From Brevinematales bacterium (GTDB lineage: Bacteria; Spirochaetota; Brevinematia; Brevinematales; GWF1-51-8): 64,000 nucleotides of DNA. Positions 1-9,788 of the stretch are shown one piece after another; the first letter of the stretch is position 1; every line of letters starts with the position of its first letter. A program made the translations under genes and the position numbers. The stretch is taken from positions 22,056 through 86,055 of the forward strand of contig JABLXV010000001.1 of the NCBI GenBank assembly GCA_013177895.1, given 5' to 3'. A model generated the notes under the pieces. That model saw only the letters and a program-made list of their open reading frames with translations, made no database searches and was not told the origin of the DNA.

Positions 1-120
1 AGAACGACGAGGGGAAAACCCGAACCCGCGTATCGATTATCGCGCAGGATATAAAATTCCTTCCCGGAAATAGAAATCCCGGATACTCTCCCCAGAGAGC
101 TAAGGCCTCTCATCAGGCCT

Positions 121-150
121 AAAAAAAACCGCCCCGTTCAAACGGGGCGG
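121..150 (-). terminator. Rho-independent terminator downstream of 170..2248
   Basis: There is a perfect 8-bp GC stem, CCGCCCCG (129-136) pairing with CGGGGCGG (143-150), and a 6-nt loop. On the minus strand it is followed by T8 (A8 at 121-128 on +). It lies about 20 nt past the TAG stop at 170-172. Confidence 0.8.
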
Positions 151-169
151 TTACTATTTAAACTGTGTA

Positions 170-2248
170 CTATAAGCCTAATTGTGTCTCAAGACCGTAG
201 GTATCCTTGGCGACCACAGCGCCGTTAACAGTTTCGTAGAATCTTTTATAGGTTAACCCTACATAAGTGGCGTCGGCGATCTCATAGAATACCTGCGCCG
301 TCAGCACAGTTCCGTCGCCCAGGAAATCCGTAAAGAATTTCTCGGCGGCGAAGTTTTTCCGGTCGTACATGATCTTACCGTAAGCCTTCTTGACCAGACA
401 TTTATCCACATATACTTCCAGATGGAGGAAGTTGTTCGGGGGCAAATTGCTAAGGACTGCGCTCATGGAAGGATACATCTGCTCGAAGCTCAGGTAAGCT
501 CCGCCGATCTTTTCCCATGATTTCCCGATATACACCAGGAAACCGTTATAGGTGGCGGCCGTACCGGAAGTCAGGGTCAGATAGTTAATATCGCGGCTGC
601 CTCCATCGTACAGACGGTCGACATAATGCCCGATAAACCCGTTATTATAGGAGCGGAATTCGAAACGGTAATCGAATATGAGAAGCATACCCGTCAGACC
701 GGTCGAGAGACCCCATCCGATGAAATGCTTCGGATCGTTTACAGTATCCCAATACCCGAGACTCGCCACATCGGCGAATAACGTCATACTGAAAATACCT
801 ATATCGAGAATGGGCAGATCGACATCGAAGCTGTAACCGTACGCCATCGCCTCGGACTTGGAATAAGCCGCTGCATCAATGAAGGACGATAGACCGAAGG
901 CAAGCTTGGTGCCGCTGAACGGACGGAAGAATAAACGCCCCGCCATCAGTTTGGTCTCGAACGCGTCGGCCATCATCGTCTCAAGCCCGACTGCCCCGAA
1001 ATCAATGTTCATCTGGAAACCGACCTTTCTCAACGACGGGAACTGCAGGTCGTTGGCATAGCCGTCAATCAGTATCCCGTGCCCGATCTTGAAATCGGGG
1101 ATGCTTCCGAGCTTAAACAGGAAGTTATCGGTTCTGATGCCCATATAGCGGATCTTCATCAGTAAGTCGTGCAATATATCCATTACAACCATACCCGCGT
1201 CGGGATTATGCATGGATGTGCTGAAGTCCCAATCGGTATAGTTATACCACAAGCGGTTATCCATCAGATCGTCCAGATTCTGGAAATATACGGGCAGATA
1301 GAGAGACAGGACGAATTTCCCGTCGGCCAGTTTAAATGTAGGGCTGAGCAGTACTTTATTCCAGACTGTCCCGTCGATAGATTCGGAACTGACGGACCAG
1401 CTCAGACCCTCGCTGGAGCATTCGTCCGACTTAGACGGGCCAAGCGCGGGCTGGGGTATAGTCTGACCCTGCGTATTCTGGGTATCCGTCGGCAAAGTAG
1501 GAATTTCCACCGGCGTTACGACCGTGCCGCCGTCTTTATCTTTGTCCTTATCCTTATCTTTATCCTTGTCTTTATCTTTGTCCTTATCCGACCCGGGCTC
1601 GGAATACTCCTCCAACGGCGCGGCCGCTACGGCAGGTTCGTCGAACGAGTCGAAGAGTTCCTGAGGAGCGCCGGTAGGCGGAGTGATCTTACCGGGAGTG
1701 AACGCTGAATAATTACCGGGAGTAATCATCACGGGAGCGAAACCGCCCTTGGGGTCGGACACCGCGACTTTACCCTTGAAAACGACGACATTACCGGAAC
1801 TATCGCCCGCGGAGTAATTTACGCCGAACGAGGTTCCGCGTACCGCCGCGACAGCCGACTCAGTCTCGACCTTGAAGTCCTGCGACTGGCCGATCTTCAC
1901 GTTGGCGACTACGCTTCCCATAATCAGCTTGACGCCGGATTTCAGCTTGCCGCCCTTCTGATCGATGATATCCTTCACTTCGATCATCGTCGTCCCGGCG
2001 AGCTTAATCTCGCTTCCGTCAGGGAACTGGAGAACGAGATAATCGTTCTTACCGTTCAGACGGATCTGCGCTTTCTCGGGGATCTCCATATCGGAGACGA
2101 CCCTGACCCATTCGCTCTGCGGAGTAGCCCGCATTTCGATATTTCCCGCCCATGCCTGTACGGTCAGCGAAGCCGCCGCGTACATACCCGCGAATAACGC
2201 GGTGAGAAGGAACAGTGTTATCGCGAATAATTTACTTTTCGATTTCAT
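170..2248 (-). CDS. FecR-domain protein with (Asp-Lys)n linker and C-terminal putative outer-membrane beta-barrel-like domain
   Basis: 692-aa ORF. The N-terminus is a signal/TM segment (LFAITLFLLTALFAGMYAAA). A FecR-like segment follows (LQFPDGSEIKLAGTTMIEV...AAVRGTSFGV), then a DKDKDK linker. The C-terminal ~400 aa align with the neighbouring ORF 2269..3579 (KLGSIPDFKIGHGILIDGY versus KIGSINDFTLGHGLAVYRY). Confidence 0.75.
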   Translation of the reverse strand: MKSKSKLFAITLFLLTALFAGMYAAASLTVQAWAGNIEMRATPQSEWVRVVSDMEIPEKAQIRLNGKNDYLVLQFPDGSEIKLAGTTMIEVKDIIDQKGGKLKSGVKLIMGSVVANVKIGQSQDFKVETESAVAAVRGTSFGVNYSAGDSSGNVVVFKGKVAVSDPKGGFAPVMITPGNYSAFTPGKITPPTGAPQELFDSFDEPAVAAAPLEEYSEPGSDKDKDKDKDKDKDKDKDKDGGTVVTPVEIPTLPTDTQNTQGQTIPQPALGPSKSDECSSEGLSWSVSSESIDGTVWNKVLLSPTFKLADGKFVLSLYLPVYFQNLDDLMDNRLWYNYTDWDFSTSMHNPDAGMVVMDILHDLLMKIRYMGIRTDNFLFKLGSIPDFKIGHGILIDGYANDLQFPSLRKVGFQMNIDFGAVGLETMMADAFETKLMAGRLFFRPFSGTKLAFGLSSFIDAAAYSKSEAMAYGYSFDVDLPILDIGIFSMTLFADVASLGYWDTVNDPKHFIGWGLSTGLTGMLLIFDYRFEFRSYNNGFIGHYVDRLYDGGSRDINYLTLTSGTAATYNGFLVYIGKSWEKIGGAYLSFEQMYPSMSAVLSNLPPNNFLHLEVYVDKCLVKKAYGKIMYDRKNFAAEKFFTDFLGDGTVLTAQVFYEIADATYVGLTYKRFYETVNGAVVAKDTYGLETQLGL
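1532..1588 (-). repeat. In-frame coding microsatellite encoding (DK)9D
   Basis: The plus strand reads gtctttatctttgtccttatcc..., 19 alternating Asp/Lys codons inside ORF 170..2248. Confidence 0.9.
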
Positions 2249-2268
2249 TTTTTACCTCCTGCGCTGAA

Positions 2269-3579
2269 TTAAAACGCCATCTTGGTAGATATGGCTGTCG
2301 ACACAAATTCCTGCGGTACACCCAACGAATCAAGCTTAAAGGTGCGTTTGTAGCTGAGCACGATCGCGAGGGTATCTGTCACATAGTATTCTATATCGGT
2401 CATCAGGATCGAATCCGTGCTGACATAGGAGAAAATATCCTCGAACTTCGCGATATTCTGGCGTATCCATGCGAACTTGAACGCGAATTTTTGGAGTAAT
2501 TCCTTCTTAACAAGTAACTGTGCCGTCAATATAGGCTTGGTTGTATCGTCGAAAGAATCTTCTATCTGCAACGTCAGGATGAGCTTATCCTCGAAGAGGG
2601 ATACGCCCGAACTGAACAGCCATCCGCCGTACCCGTTGGTGATGTTATCGAGCAAAGCGTACTTGGTGGCGCGTTCGCCGTCATAGAACGTGTCGAAGAA
2701 ATTCGGCAGGAACTTCGGCTGAAGGACGCGTAATTCGAAGCGGTAAGGGATAAAGGAAATAACCTTACCGATAACACCCAAAAACTCGCCGGAACCCTTA
2801 CCGGAGATACCGACAAAATCCACGTAGGTCAGCATATCGATGATAGGGTTGGCGAACACCACGAGGCTGGCGTCAAACCCGAATACCGACATCGGCGAAC
2901 TCAGGGGAGAGTCGGTAAAGTCGTAGGGTGTGCTCGCGGGAGGAACAGGGTCGAGGGGATCGAGGTCGGCGGACCATGTCGCGCCGATCATCAGGGTATC
3001 GAACATCGGTATGCCGGAATTATACAGAGGCCTGCCGAATACACGCATACCCATCAAATCCCAGTCGAATATATTACCCACGAAACTCTCGAAGCCGACA
3101 TACCCGAAGTCCATATCGAACGCAAGACCCATCTTCTTGATATCGGGGTAGTTCAGCATGTTCGAATAGCGGTATACCGCCAATCCGTGCCCGAGGGTAA
3201 AATCGTTAATGCTCCCGATTTTAACATAGACAGGGTCGGCGGGACTTAACGCTTCTTTCTTACTCCACCGGAGAAATAATATTTTGGAAAGAATGGACTG
3301 CCATGTGCTCCATTCCTGCGTACGGAAATTCCCGTTCGCGTCAAACTCAAAGTTTAAATCCAATCCGACGCCGAACTTACCGATAGCGAAATCGGGCTGG
3401 AGACGGATAGAGTTGTAATTTGTCCCGTTAATCATCATACTTCCGAACTGCAATCCCGCCCCGAAAGCGGCTGCGCCGTCAGTGGACGCGGGCGCGGTGT
3501 CGTTAGTCGTCTGCGCGTTTAATGAATATGTTAACGCCAGTACAATGAACGCGACAATCCCAAAAGATTTCATTTTCAT
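2269..3579 (-). CDS. Secreted protein paralogous to the C-terminal domain of 170..2248 (putative OM beta-barrel)
   Basis: 436-aa ORF with a signal peptide (MKMKSFGIVAFIVLALTYSLNAQ). Blocks are shared with the upstream gene (GFESFVGNIFDWDLMGMRVFGRP versus GLETMMADAFETKLMAGRLFFRP). The sequence is rich in aromatic and alternating residues. Confidence 0.7.
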   Translation of the reverse strand: MKMKSFGIVAFIVLALTYSLNAQTTNDTAPASTDGAAAFGAGLQFGSMMINGTNYNSIRLQPDFAIGKFGVGLDLNFEFDANGNFRTQEWSTWQSILSKILFLRWSKKEALSPADPVYVKIGSINDFTLGHGLAVYRYSNMLNYPDIKKMGLAFDMDFGYVGFESFVGNIFDWDLMGMRVFGRPLYNSGIPMFDTLMIGATWSADLDPLDPVPPASTPYDFTDSPLSSPMSVFGFDASLVVFANPIIDMLTYVDFVGISGKGSGEFLGVIGKVISFIPYRFELRVLQPKFLPNFFDTFYDGERATKYALLDNITNGYGGWLFSSGVSLFEDKLILTLQIEDSFDDTTKPILTAQLLVKKELLQKFAFKFAWIRQNIAKFEDIFSYVSTDSILMTDIEYYVTDTLAIVLSYKRTFKLDSLGVPQEFVSTAISTKMAF

Positions 3580-3852
3580 TCAAAAACCTCCTTAGTAGTA
3601 GCAAAACTATCTGAATTGTAAATTGTACAGAACAACCCCACATTACATATTAACATAGAAGTATAAAATTTCAACTAAATCAGATAAATATTTTCGGATT
3701 TTAGTATTGATAAATAAATAAAAAAAAGGCCGCCGGTAAATATGTGTTTTATAATCAATTCCCCACAAAACTTATAAAAAAGTCCCTTAACAGTTGAAAT
3801 ATTTCGTTTTTGTATTAAAATATATAGGAGTGCTAAAAGTTAGGAGGATTCA

Positions 3853-5157
3853 ATGAAAAAGCTTTTATTGGTCATTTCTGTATTAATGATGGGTGTAAGC
3901 CTTGGCTTTTCCAAGGTGGTAATCAATTTGTGGCATGCTTATCGCGGAGCGGAAGCGGACGCTATAAACAAAGTTACCGAGATGTTCAACCTTTCGCATA
4001 ACGATATCGAGGTCAAACTGCTTCCGGTACCCTTCGACGCGATCAACAATAAGCTCCAAACGGTCATTCCCGCGGTAAATAAGGGACAGAGTCAGGAAGA
4101 GGGACCGGATGTCTTCGTATTCGGTCAGGATTTTACAGGCGACTGGGCGGAACGCCAGCTCATTCTGCCTCTCGAAAACTTTATTTCTAAAGACATCACC
4201 TCTCAGTATTTCAAGAACACGATTAACGCATTCGCCGATTATATGTACGACGGCGCGTTATGGGCATTACCGGGTTCGTTCAAGAATATCTCCCTGTTCT
4301 ATAATAAGCGTTTTATCGCCAATCCCCCGAAGAAACTCAGCGAATTGATGGCTATCTCCGGGAAGTTTACCAATCCCGGCGATAAGAAATGGGGCTTTTC
4401 TTATGATTGCGGAAACTTTTATTATCATACGATGTGGGTTCAGGCATGGGGCGGAGCCATCTTTAAAAAGATCGGTACCACGAAAAAAGGTGTCCCTATC
4501 TTTTTACCCCTCCTTTATTCCCAGCCCATGATCTCCGCCGGGGATTTCGTTTTTAAGAACCTGAAGAACGGGAATTTCCACGGCGCGGCTGAAGCGGAAA
4601 TCACCTACTCGTTCAATAACAACAAGACCCTGTTCGCCATCTCCGGGCAATGGTTCCGCGGTGAAATCGCCGCCAACATCGATTACGGTGTGGCCGAGCT
4701 TCCTATAGTCGATGAAATCGGCGTACAGGCGGTTCCCTTCCTGACAGTCGAAGGTTACTTTATGGCGTCATGTACGAAAGATCAGGCCGCCGCGGCGGAA
4801 GTCATCAAATACTTCACCAGCGCCGCGATGGGCCGTTACTTCGGGAAGATCGGAAAACAGACCCCCGCTAATAAGGGCGCCTATCAGTATTCCGAAGTTA
4901 AAAACGATCCTATTTCCAAGGTATTCATGGCCGCCGCCGGTAATGCGATATCGATGCCTAATAACCCTGAAATGGCGCTGACATGGGATCCCGCATCCAG
5001 CGGCTTGTCGAGTGTCCTTAACGGCGCGAATTCCGCGCAGACATGGAAGGACCAGCAGATCCGCCTGATGAAACTGATCGAAAAAGAGCGCAAGATCAAT
5101 TATGCTAAACTCGGCTTCGATTATACCAAATTCACCGTCCCGCTCAGCATCAAGTAA
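3853..5157 (+). CDS. ABC transporter solute-binding protein (family 1, MalE/sugar-type)
   Basis: 434-aa ORF. An AGGAGG RBS lies 6 nt upstream of the ATG. A signal peptide is present. The N-terminus is typical of sugar SBPs (INLWHAYRGAEADAINKV, FDAINNKLQT). Two sugar-type permease genes follow it. Confidence 0.8.
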   Translation: MKKLLLVISVLMMGVSLGFSKVVINLWHAYRGAEADAINKVTEMFNLSHNDIEVKLLPVPFDAINNKLQTVIPAVNKGQSQEEGPDVFVFGQDFTGDWAERQLILPLENFISKDITSQYFKNTINAFADYMYDGALWALPGSFKNISLFYNKRFIANPPKKLSELMAISGKFTNPGDKKWGFSYDCGNFYYHTMWVQAWGGAIFKKIGTTKKGVPIFLPLLYSQPMISAGDFVFKNLKNGNFHGAAEAEITYSFNNNKTLFAISGQWFRGEIAANIDYGVAELPIVDEIGVQAVPFLTVEGYFMASCTKDQAAAAEVIKYFTSAAMGRYFGKIGKQTPANKGAYQYSEVKNDPISKVFMAAAGNAISMPNNPEMALTWDPASSGLSSVLNGANSAQTWKDQQIRLMKLIEKERKINYAKLGFDYTKFTVPLSIK

Positions 5158-5180
5158 GATACTATTTTTCATATAAAAGG

Positions 5181-5205
5181 CCCCGCTCGCGCGGGGTCTT
5201 TTTTT
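5181..5205 (+). terminator. Rho-independent terminator after the SBP gene
   Basis: Stem CCCCGC (5181-5186) pairs with GCGGGG (5191-5196) around the loop TCGC, followed by TCTTTTTTT. Confidence 0.75.
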
Positions 5206-5265
5206 GTATCGCGGCTTCGGACAATTGAAACGGGGTCAGCCCGCGGGATTGACGCAAAGTATTTT

Positions 5266-5485
5266 TGTCACCGCGAGGAGCAAGCGACCTGTCCACCTTC
5301 GCCTGCCCATCTTCTATCGAAGATGGAAGACGGGCAGGCGAAGCAGTCTATGTAATTTATTAAATGACAATAGAATAGATTAGTTCTACCGCGCTTCAAT
5401 AATCTTCGTAGCGCGGCATCGCAATGACAGGGTCATTTTCCTATTTGGTAATCTCCGAATTATTATTGAGTTACTAGAACTGCCC
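5266..5485 (+). repeat. Composite palindromic intergenic element, copy 1 (TGTCAYYGCGA family) plus conserved AT-rich tail
   Basis: The left arm is tgtcaccgcgag...gcgaagcagtct with an internal hairpin (cgcctgcccatcttc/gaagatgg..ggcaggcg). A 27-nt AT spacer follows, then the right arm agattagttc...catcgcaatgaca. Positions 5339-5485 align without gaps to 60835-60981, with 10 mismatches in 147 nt by hand count. Confidence 0.85.
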
Positions 5486-5746
5486 TTAATAAAACAGATT
5501 TCTTCTACAGCCCTTTAATAAATCCTTCCGCGCGGCATTACAAAAACGTTATGAGTTTGTCGCCAGACCCCCGCGGGCAGTCTTTTTCCCCTAATACTAT
5601 ACATTATTTAAATTAATTCAAAAAAAAAGTTCAATTTTTTTTGTTTTCAATATACAATATGATTCAATTGTGGAAAATAATATTTTCTTGCAAGTTCTCT
5701 TTTTTTCCAATGATTTAACTAAGGAAAAAGAGGACAAGGAGGCGGT

Positions 5747-8572
5747 ATGCAGCGTTTCTTTCTTCGGAAATTCCGTTTTGAAAAGGGGAGTGCGTGGAAG
5801 AATCCGTTTTTAGCTATCCTGTTTTCGACGGTTATATTCCTGATTTTCCTGATCGGGTTCTATAACTATCGTTCATCGAATGTTTATTACGATGTGAACC
5901 TGAAACAGGGTAAATCCGTATGCGATACGATCGGTTTTTCCGTCCTGAAAATCAAGGACGAACTGATCGCTACCAATCTGGTGAATCCCAACTCTGAAAC
6001 GGTTCAGGCGTCGGAGTACAACAAGAAAGTGGCCGCAGAAATCGTCAGGATGATCGCGCCTCTGAACTCTTATATCGATAAGGGTTTGACCGGCACCATC
6101 TCCTCGTCGAACCTACAGGCTCTCGCTTCCAATTATGTTTTATTAAAGGGCTATATCGAAAAAATCGCCGATCAGACAGGCGAATATATCGATAAGAACT
6201 CGCCGAGGTTTATCGAAGAGCTTGCCAATGCCGCGCAGGTTCTCGACCCGTCGGACGAAACCATGTACCTCGGATCGCTTAAAAACAGCTTCAGCATGAT
6301 CGCCAACGAAATGGAATTCGCCATTTCGAAAATGATCTATAAAATTACGAAAGACGAAGCAATCGGGAAGATTTTCGATAACATCGGCTCGATGGTCTCC
6401 AAAGAGATGCAGAACGACTTTATTTCACAACTGCCTCCGCTTAATCCCGATGAAGCGTTATCGGTCGAACAGTCAAAAGAACTATTCGCGCAGTTGAAGC
6501 AAAAGATCACCTCGTACTTAAAGGATAACGCCTCGCAGATATCCCTGCGCGCCGAGATCGAACAGACTCTCACCTTCCTCGCCGGTAAAATCAATCAATA
6601 TATAGCGGTCAACCTTTCAAAAGGGAAACCTGAGATACAGGATTCCTTAGCGAAGATCGCGGGCGCCATCGAAAAACATATCAATATGAATACTTCGTCG
6701 TTTTCGGCACAGTTAAAAATATCGGATATCTCCGCGAATTTAGCCGATCCGAAAACATTCTCTCAATACCTGAACCAGGCATTGGGGCTGCTGAAGGCCG
6801 ACCTATCGAGCTACATCAATCTGAACGCCAACATGTTCCTGTATACCCTGACAATGGATCAGATTATCACCGAGATGGGAAAAGCCGACCGCTCGGTATC
6901 GGAGGTCCTCCTCTATACCGGTATCGATCTGCAAAACTACTATCTCCAGAAGGGGCTGAAACTTAAAAGTTATATCACATTGCCGAACGCCCATCAGCTC
7001 GCCCAGCGTTCCTTAGAGAACGATAATGTGCTGATCCAGAAGGGTGAAACGGCATCGATAAAAACCCTCATCAAAGCAATCAGCTACCGTTCAAAAGAAG
7101 CGAAATACGATATGGCGATGGTTAAAAAAGAGTTCACCTACTCCTTCTCGCTATTCGCGAAACTGGTATTCTTCCTGATGCTTCTTATCGTGCTCTGTAT
7201 CGGAGTGTTCTTTATCGGTAAAAAGGTGGAAAAGCCCGTTCTGCAAAGGATTCTCCTTTTTGCGAGCTTCGGGGTCTTTGCCGTGGTATCCCTCTTCCTC
7301 GCGGTAAACTTCACCGCCGCCGACTATGAAATCGCGAGCCGCGATACCGCGACCTACGCGAACAACAATCTGAGTATCGCCCAGAAGGCGTTCGAGGATA
7401 ACTTCAAGTATAAATTTACCGAAGCCGACATAACCGCGATGGTCGACCTGTATAACCATGACCGTTATAACGACCTGACCGAGGGTTATGTTTTTCAGAA
7501 AGATAAAATCATGGAAACAAAGGAATCTCACGACCAGAAAATCCAGAATAACGCCGTCACCGTATTTATGGGCTGGTTCATCGGGCTTGTTCTCGGGGCT
7601 CTGGCTCTCCTGAAATTCACTAAAAATAATGGCGTGGAACGGTTCCTCAATACGGGGTACAACTACACCACGGGGTATATTTTCGTGCTTCCGGGCATCC
7701 TCAGCATGTTCATACTGGTATTCTTCCCGCTTATCTTTACTATCATACTGGGCTTCACAGCCCTGCCTAACCTGCTGGAGGATTTGAACCTCGCGCGGTA
7801 TTTCGCCGGGTTCGAGAACTTCGGCCGAATACTCGGGGTGTTCCAGCTCAGCGACCCGTTGAACTTCTACTACACCCTGTTCTTTACAATATTTTACACC
7901 CTTGTGGCGGTTATTATCGAGGTCGTCCTCGGCGTCGTAATCGCTATCGTTCTCAACGAGAAGGGACTCAAGTTAAAGAGCGCCTATCAGGTCATATTTA
8001 TCCTGCCGTGGATTATCCCGACCTATATCAGCGGCTTGTTATGGAACTACTTCTTCCAATCGAACGGTATCCTCAATCAGGTACTGTCGGTTATCAGCGG
8101 GACGGCTGTCGAGACCATCTGGTTCAACGATCCGCTGACGGGCTTCTTCATCGTGTCGTTCATCAGCGCGTGGTATGCCTTCCCGTTTATCATGCTGGTC
8201 ACCCTCAGCACGCTCCAGACCATCGACCCGAGTATCTACGAGGCGGCGATGATAGACGGCGCGTCATGGTTCCAGCAGATGATCCATATCACTATCCCGA
8301 TGATCCGCTCCACCGTGCTGCCTTCGGTGCTCCTCACATCCATCTGGACGTTCAATAACTTTAACCTGGTGTATCTGGCGACGCGTGGGGATAACCGTTA
8401 CGATATATTGGTCACCCGTATCTACGACTACATCCTGTACCCGCAGGTCGCGGCTCAGCAGGGATGGACGTACGGGTTTGCTTCGGCGTACTCGACACTC
8501 ATATTCATCATCCTCTTGGTCTATATCTTTATATTCGCCAAGGCTTCTAAGATTACTGAAAAATCCTTCTAA
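5747..8572 (+). CDS. ABC sugar permease (MalF-like) with ~640-aa N-terminal membrane-anchored extension
   Basis: 941-aa ORF with an AGGAGG RBS. The C-terminal ~300 aa form a binding-protein-dependent permease with the EAA loop (IDPSIYEAAMIDGASWFQQMIHITIP). The N-terminal ~640 aa contain several TM segments and long polar, helical regions with no motif I recognise. Confidence 0.8.
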   Translation: MQRFFLRKFRFEKGSAWKNPFLAILFSTVIFLIFLIGFYNYRSSNVYYDVNLKQGKSVCDTIGFSVLKIKDELIATNLVNPNSETVQASEYNKKVAAEIVRMIAPLNSYIDKGLTGTISSSNLQALASNYVLLKGYIEKIADQTGEYIDKNSPRFIEELANAAQVLDPSDETMYLGSLKNSFSMIANEMEFAISKMIYKITKDEAIGKIFDNIGSMVSKEMQNDFISQLPPLNPDEALSVEQSKELFAQLKQKITSYLKDNASQISLRAEIEQTLTFLAGKINQYIAVNLSKGKPEIQDSLAKIAGAIEKHINMNTSSFSAQLKISDISANLADPKTFSQYLNQALGLLKADLSSYINLNANMFLYTLTMDQIITEMGKADRSVSEVLLYTGIDLQNYYLQKGLKLKSYITLPNAHQLAQRSLENDNVLIQKGETASIKTLIKAISYRSKEAKYDMAMVKKEFTYSFSLFAKLVFFLMLLIVLCIGVFFIGKKVEKPVLQRILLFASFGVFAVVSLFLAVNFTAADYEIASRDTATYANNNLSIAQKAFEDNFKYKFTEADITAMVDLYNHDRYNDLTEGYVFQKDKIMETKESHDQKIQNNAVTVFMGWFIGLVLGALALLKFTKNNGVERFLNTGYNYTTGYIFVLPGILSMFILVFFPLIFTIILGFTALPNLLEDLNLARYFAGFENFGRILGVFQLSDPLNFYYTLFFTIFYTLVAVIIEVVLGVVIAIVLNEKGLKLKSAYQVIFILPWIIPTYISGLLWNYFFQSNGILNQVLSVISGTAVETIWFNDPLTGFFIVSFISAWYAFPFIMLVTLSTLQTIDPSIYEAAMIDGASWFQQMIHITIPMIRSTVLPSVLLTSIWTFNNFNLVYLATRGDNRYDILVTRIYDYILYPQVAAQQGWTYGFASAYSTLIFIILLVYIFIFAKASKITEKSF

Positions 8573-8584
8573 GGAGAGGAAAAT

Positions 8585-9724
8585 ATGAAAAAATTCTACT
8601 TCCATATATTTCTGGTAATTCTCGCGCTCATTATCCTGATGCCTATCATCTGGATGGTGCTGGCGTCGGCGGTAAAAAGCACCCAGATACCGTTCATGTT
8701 CGAACGTATCTTCAAGCCGGAGAGCTTTAATTATAACGTAGAGGGGAATACCCTCAGCACCGTCTATAAGCTCGAGGGTATGAGCTCGAACATCACGTTC
8801 AAGTTCGACGCGCCCGAGCTCGCGGATCAGTTCATCATCGTACGCCTCCAGCCGAACATGCAGACCTATCAGGAGGAGTTGATGTACGAGGCGGTAGCCG
8901 CCGACCCCGCGCTCGAGCAGACCGAGAAGAAGCAATGGGTGATGTACTTTAAGCTAGACGCGAATAAGAACATCGTCCGCGAGAGTATCAAGGTCAATAA
9001 CGCGTCTATCCTGAACTTCATGAATATTTTAACCTTCGACAACTATAAGGATATTTTCCGCGACCGCGGGTTCCGTAACTGGCTCGCGAACAGCGTGATT
9101 ATATCCCTTTTGACCGGGTTAATCAGCGTATTCCTGGGCTTTTTCGCCGGATACTCCTTCTCGCGATGGAGATTCCCCGGGCGCAAGGTCGGGTTGATAT
9201 GGGTGCTCACCACTCAGCTCTTCCCGCTCGCCATGATGCTCGTACCGTTCTATATCCTCGCTACCAACGTATTCCCGGAGGTCATCCCCGGACTCAAGCT
9301 GACGAACTCCATATTCGGTCTGATAATTATCTATTCGGCGACCGCGTTGCCGTTCGCGATATGGATGCTCAAGGGATATTTCGACACTGTTCCCGTTGAC
9401 CTCGAGGAAGCCGCCGCTATCGACGGCGCGAGCCTGTTCCAGCTATTGTTCCTCATCCTGTTCCCGCTGACGCGCCCCGCTATTTTTACGGCGTTCCTGT
9501 TCTCGTTCGTACAGGCATGGAACGAATACGCGATCGCGAACCTGTTCCTGACGCTGGCGGATAAGTACACCTTGCCGGTCGGATTGCGCACCCTGCTGGA
9601 CAACAACAATATGGCCGGTTTCGCGACCGCCGCGGTTGTGGCATCCGTCCCCGTCGTCATCCTGTTCCTGTCGATGAAGAAGGAGCTGGTGGAAGGCGCG
9701 ACTTTGGGCGCGGTCAAGGGATAA
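8585..9724 (+). CDS. ABC sugar permease (MalG-like) with enlarged first periplasmic loop
   Basis: 379-aa ORF starting 13 nt after the previous stop. The EAA loop is present (DLEEAAAIDGASLFQLLFLILFPLTRPA). Confidence 0.85.
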   Translation: MKKFYFHIFLVILALIILMPIIWMVLASAVKSTQIPFMFERIFKPESFNYNVEGNTLSTVYKLEGMSSNITFKFDAPELADQFIIVRLQPNMQTYQEELMYEAVAADPALEQTEKKQWVMYFKLDANKNIVRESIKVNNASILNFMNILTFDNYKDIFRDRGFRNWLANSVIISLLTGLISVFLGFFAGYSFSRWRFPGRKVGLIWVLTTQLFPLAMMLVPFYILATNVFPEVIPGLKLTNSIFGLIIIYSATALPFAIWMLKGYFDTVPVDLEEAAAIDGASLFQLLFLILFPLTRPAIFTAFLFSFVQAWNEYAIANLFLTLADKYTLPVGLRTLLDNNNMAGFATAAVVASVPVVILFLSMKKELVEGATLGAVKG

Positions 9725-9788
9725 TTTAAAGTTAAAAAGGGTAACTATTTAAAATCCGTCTATCGAATTTACTATTTTGGGAGCTGTT

